This document shows, piece by piece, positions 29,743 through 32,000 of a DNA stretch of 32,000 nt. How positions within the stretch are numbered: the first letter of the stretch is position 1; each line of letters starts with the position of its first letter. The position numbers and the translations under genes are program-made. This DNA is from Planctomycetales bacterium (GTDB lineage: Bacteria > 4484-113 > JAFGCY01). The stretch lies in NCBI GenBank assembly GCA_022646745.1, contig CP060262.1, positions 2,820,001-2,852,000 on the forward strand, written 5' to 3'. The notes under the pieces were generated by a model. That model did no database searches, had not been told where the DNA came from, and saw only the letters and a program-made list of their open reading frames with translations.

Positions 29743-30774
29743 ATGGACAGGAAGCTGCGAATCCTGTTGGCAAGCCTATTGGCAATCGCCCTGCTCCTGC
29801 TGCTCATATTCTCGAGCGGTGTACTGCATCGCCAGGACAGCTGGCAGGAAGTCGAGGCTGGTATCCCGATCATTTCCACGCGTGGCAGGTTCCATGACGG
29901 ACAGGCACTTGAGGTTGGAAACTCGGGTCCTTACAGCATGGATCTGCCGGAGGGGATGGCTGACTTCTGGCAGGAGCAGCCGGCGGACATCATTGTCATC
30001 ATCCATGGCTTCAACAATTCAGCCGCCAAGGCCAGCGTCAAGTTCCATACTGCTGAGATGTCATTACGCTCCTGCGGCTTCGAGGGAGAAATAGTGGGCT
30101 ACAGCTGGGATGCCGACACCCAGAAGGACCCCTTCGGCACCACCGGCTACCACGAGGGCCGGCGAAATGCTGTTGCCAATGGGGCACGGCTCGCGAGCTT
30201 CGTGGCGGACTGTCGGGAACGCCTGCCCGGGACCCGCATCCACCTCGTTGGCTACTCAATGGGCGCCCGGCTGGCGCTTGAAGCACTTGTGGCGATGGAG
30301 GATGGAGAGCAGTTCCCGCAGGCGGCCCTGCAGGTGGACAGCGTACACCTGGTCGGTGCCGCCGTTGACAATGAGGAGGTCGAGCTGCGGGAGCGCTACG
30401 GCAGGGCCATAGAACGGCACTGCGGTTTCCTTGTCAACTACTACAGCGCGGAGGACAATGCGCTGGGCATGTTCTTTCCGCTTAAGGAAGCTGACCGTGC
30501 ACTCGGTGAATCTGACATCGAGCATCCAGCCGATGCCCCGGCCAACTACCGCTCGATAGACGTATCGGATGAGCTGCTGGAGTATGATGCGAGCGGGCAG
30601 GTTAAGGAAGAGCGTGGTGACAACCATTCCGGCTGCCTTGGCAACATCAGTGAGGAGGGGGAGCTGCTTGACGATGGCATCATGGATGTGATCGTCAGGC
30701 AGATCCGCCAGCTTGCGAATCGGTCCCAGGATTCAACTGGCCCGGAGATTGACCAGCCGGGCGGACAGGTGTAG
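29743..30774 (+). CDS. membrane-anchored alpha/beta-fold hydrolase (DUF900-like esterase/lipase)
   Basis: N-terminal TM LRILLASLLAIALLLLLIF. IIVIIHGFNNS and nucleophile elbow VGYSMGARL (GxSxG). GAGGGG Shine-Dalgarno upstream. Confidence 0.65.
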   Translation: MDRKLRILLASLLAIALLLLLIFSSGVLHRQDSWQEVEAGIPIISTRGRFHDGQALEVGNSGPYSMDLPEGMADFWQEQPADIIVIIHGFNNSAAKASVKFHTAEMSLRSCGFEGEIVGYSWDADTQKDPFGTTGYHEGRRNAVANGARLASFVADCRERLPGTRIHLVGYSMGARLALEALVAMEDGEQFPQAALQVDSVHLVGAAVDNEEVELRERYGRAIERHCGFLVNYYSAEDNALGMFFPLKEADRALGESDIEHPADAPANYRSIDVSDELLEYDASGQVKEERGDNHSGCLGNISEEGELLDDGIMDVIVRQIRQLANRSQDSTGPEIDQPGGQV

Positions 30775-30783
30775 CGTAAGCAC

Positions 30784-32000
30784 ATGGCAAACCTGGACAG
30801 CACCGGACGCAGGGGGCACTGGCTGGCAATCGCCGCCGGTCCGCTGCTCGCCCTGCTGCTGGTCCTGTTCGCCGACCTGCAGCCTGGGCAGCCCGCCGTG
30901 ACGCGCATGGCTGCTGTGGCCCTGTGGATGGCGATCTGGTGGATCAGTGAAGCGGTACCGCTGGCGGTGACCGCCCTGCTGCCAGTGGCAGTCTTCCCGC
31001 TCCTGTCTATCATGTCCGGCAAGCAGGTTGCAACCCAGTACTTCAACAACGTGATCTTCCTGTTCATCGGCGGTTTCATCATTGCGCTGGCGATGCAGCG
31101 CTGGAACCTGCACAGGCGCATCGCACTTGGGATCATCGGGCTCGTCGGCCAGAGCCCGGCAAGGCTGCTGCTAGGCTTCATGCTGGCAACGGCCTTCCTG
31201 TCCATGTGGATCAGCAACACCGCGACCACTATGATGATGGTGCCGATCGCGATGGCAGTTATCCTGCGCATCGATGAAGGCAGGCAGGTGGCCAGCGGCC
31301 GCAGCTTCCCGACCGGCCTGCTGCTGGGAATAGCGTATGCCGCCAGCATCGGTGGCATTTCCACGTTGGTGGGTACGCCGCCCAACCTTAGCTTCTTGCG
31401 GATCCACGCCATCAGCTTTCCCGATGCACCTGAGATTTCCTTTACCCAGTGGCTGCTGTTCGCGGCCCCGATGTGCATCGTGCTGCTGGCAGCGGTCTGG
31501 CTGTTCCTCTTCAGGTTATACGGTCAAAGGCAGCAGGCGATCGATGCTGGGGTATTCGAAGCTGAGCGCAGGCAGCTGGGGCAGGTCAGCCGGGAGGAGT
31601 GGGGCGTGCTTTCCGTCTTCGTCGGCACTGCTCTTTTGTGGCTGACCCGCTCGGATATCACCGTCGGTACGTTGCAGTTGCGGGGCTGGGCAAGCCCGCT
31701 GGGCCTGGATGGCATGGTGGATGATGGCACCGTCGCCATCCTGATGGCGCTGCTGCTGTTCATCATTCCGTCAAAGCGGTCGGATAATGGCAGGTTGATG
31801 GGCTGGGAGGATACACTGCAGCTGCCCTGGGGCATCGTGCTGCTGTTCGGCGGTGGCTTCGCATTGGCCAGCGGTTTCAAGGAGAGCGGCCTGTCCGAAT
31901 GGTGCGGTGGCCAGCTTTCGGCACTGTCCGGTGTGCATCCGGTGGTGATGGTGCTGGCAATCTGCCTGCTGATCACCTTCCTGACGGAACTGACCAGCAA
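30784..32000 (+). CDS. DASS/SLC13-family anion:sodium symporter (partial, continues past the window end)
   Basis: Absent from the ORF track because no stop lies in the window. I translated frame 1 from the ATG at 30784 and it stays open to nt 32000. MANLDSTGRRGHWLAIAAGPLLALLL..., with hallmark motifs FLSMWISNTATTMMMVPI, AASIGGISTLVGTPPN and FLTELTS(N). The two minus-strand ORFs listed here are antisense artefacts. Confidence 0.85.
   Translation, partial: MANLDSTGRRGHWLAIAAGPLLALLLVLFADLQPGQPAVTRMAAVALWMAIWWISEAVPLAVTALLPVAVFPLLSIMSGKQVATQYFNNVIFLFIGGFIIALAMQRWNLHRRIALGIIGLVGQSPARLLLGFMLATAFLSMWISNTATTMMMVPIAMAVILRIDEGRQVASGRSFPTGLLLGIAYAASIGGISTLVGTPPNLSFLRIHAISFPDAPEISFTQWLLFAAPMCIVLLAAVWLFLFRLYGQRQQAIDAGVFEAERRQLGQVSREEWGVLSVFVGTALLWLTRSDITVGTLQLRGWASPLGLDGMVDDGTVAILMALLLFIIPSKRSDNGRLMGWEDTLQLPWGIVLLFGGGFALASGFKESGLSEWCGGQLSALSGVHPVVMVLAICLLITFLTELTS

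Noticed and set aside
29604-29897. ORFs 29604-29879 (minus) and 29679-29897 (plus)
   Set aside because: Both overlap the tRNA-Arg gene and the 5' end of the alpha/beta hydrolase gene. No motifs were recognised.
30546-32000. Minus-strand ORFs 30546-31478 (310 aa) and 31524-32000 (158 aa), and plus-strand ORF 31337-31645
   Set aside because: Hand translation of plus frame 1 from the ATG at 30784 is open to the window end and gives an unmistakable DASS/SLC13 permease. The listed ORFs are antisense or off-frame artefacts. The real gene is missing from the track only because it has no stop in the window.
1-32000. Search by eye for CRISPR arrays, IS elements or transposases, integrases, rRNA genes, toxin-antitoxin pairs and long direct repeats
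   Set aside because: None found. No regularly spaced repeats, no DDE or tyrosine/serine recombinase motifs and no rRNA-like sequence were seen. Repeat detection by eye is incomplete, so a self-dot-plot would be needed to be sure.

Overview
High-GC (about 60-65% by eye) bacterial chromosomal window from a diderm organism (Lpt-like proteins, ADP-heptose genes, a TonB-dependent receptor, a FliQ/SctS homologue). I cannot assign a phylum from the sequence alone. Gene packing is very tight. There are seven strand blocks. All three convergent junctions have 0-3 bp of spacer, and most same-strand junctions are ATGA or TGATG overlaps. Gene order: (1) nt 1-~795, an AT-rich foreign segment ending in a Toprim/OLD-type nuclease ORF cut by the window edge; (2) a hypothetical exported protein whose 5' end lies inside that segment; (3) a methylcrotonyl-CoA-carboxylase-type alpha subunit split into a biotin carboxylase ORF and a BCCP ORF; (4) minus strand, a YhaO/YhaN (SbcD/SbcC)-like phosphoesterase plus a 953-aa SMC/Rad50-like ATPase with a transmembrane hairpin at the coiled-coil midpoint; (5) a eukaryote-type citrate synthase and a lipoprotein; (6) minus strand, a five-gene translationally coupled operon led by a cobalamin riboswitch (ABC ATPase, binding protein, permease, TonB-dependent receptor, 7-bladed beta-propeller lipoprotein); (7) DUF212-tlyA-nadK-recN; (8) two oversized LptC/LptA(OstA)-like proteins with long disordered segments, then hldA, hldC, comF and a BON protein; (9) an orphan fliQ/sctS on the minus strand; (10) tRNA-Leu(CAG), a TPR lipoprotein, tRNA-Arg(CCU), an alpha/beta hydrolase and a DASS-family anion symporter that runs off the window (absent from the supplied ORF track, translated by hand). 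The best candidates for something undescribed are the membrane-anchored SMC-like ATPase paired with a phosphoesterase whose catalytic motifs look degenerate, the truncated AT-rich Toprim nuclease island, the propeller lipoprotein coupled to the B12 receptor, and the -10 boxes sitting 6-7 nt from start codons (leaderless transcripts). No CRISPR array, transposase, integrase or rRNA was seen. All homology calls rest on motif recognition by eye, and no database search was run.
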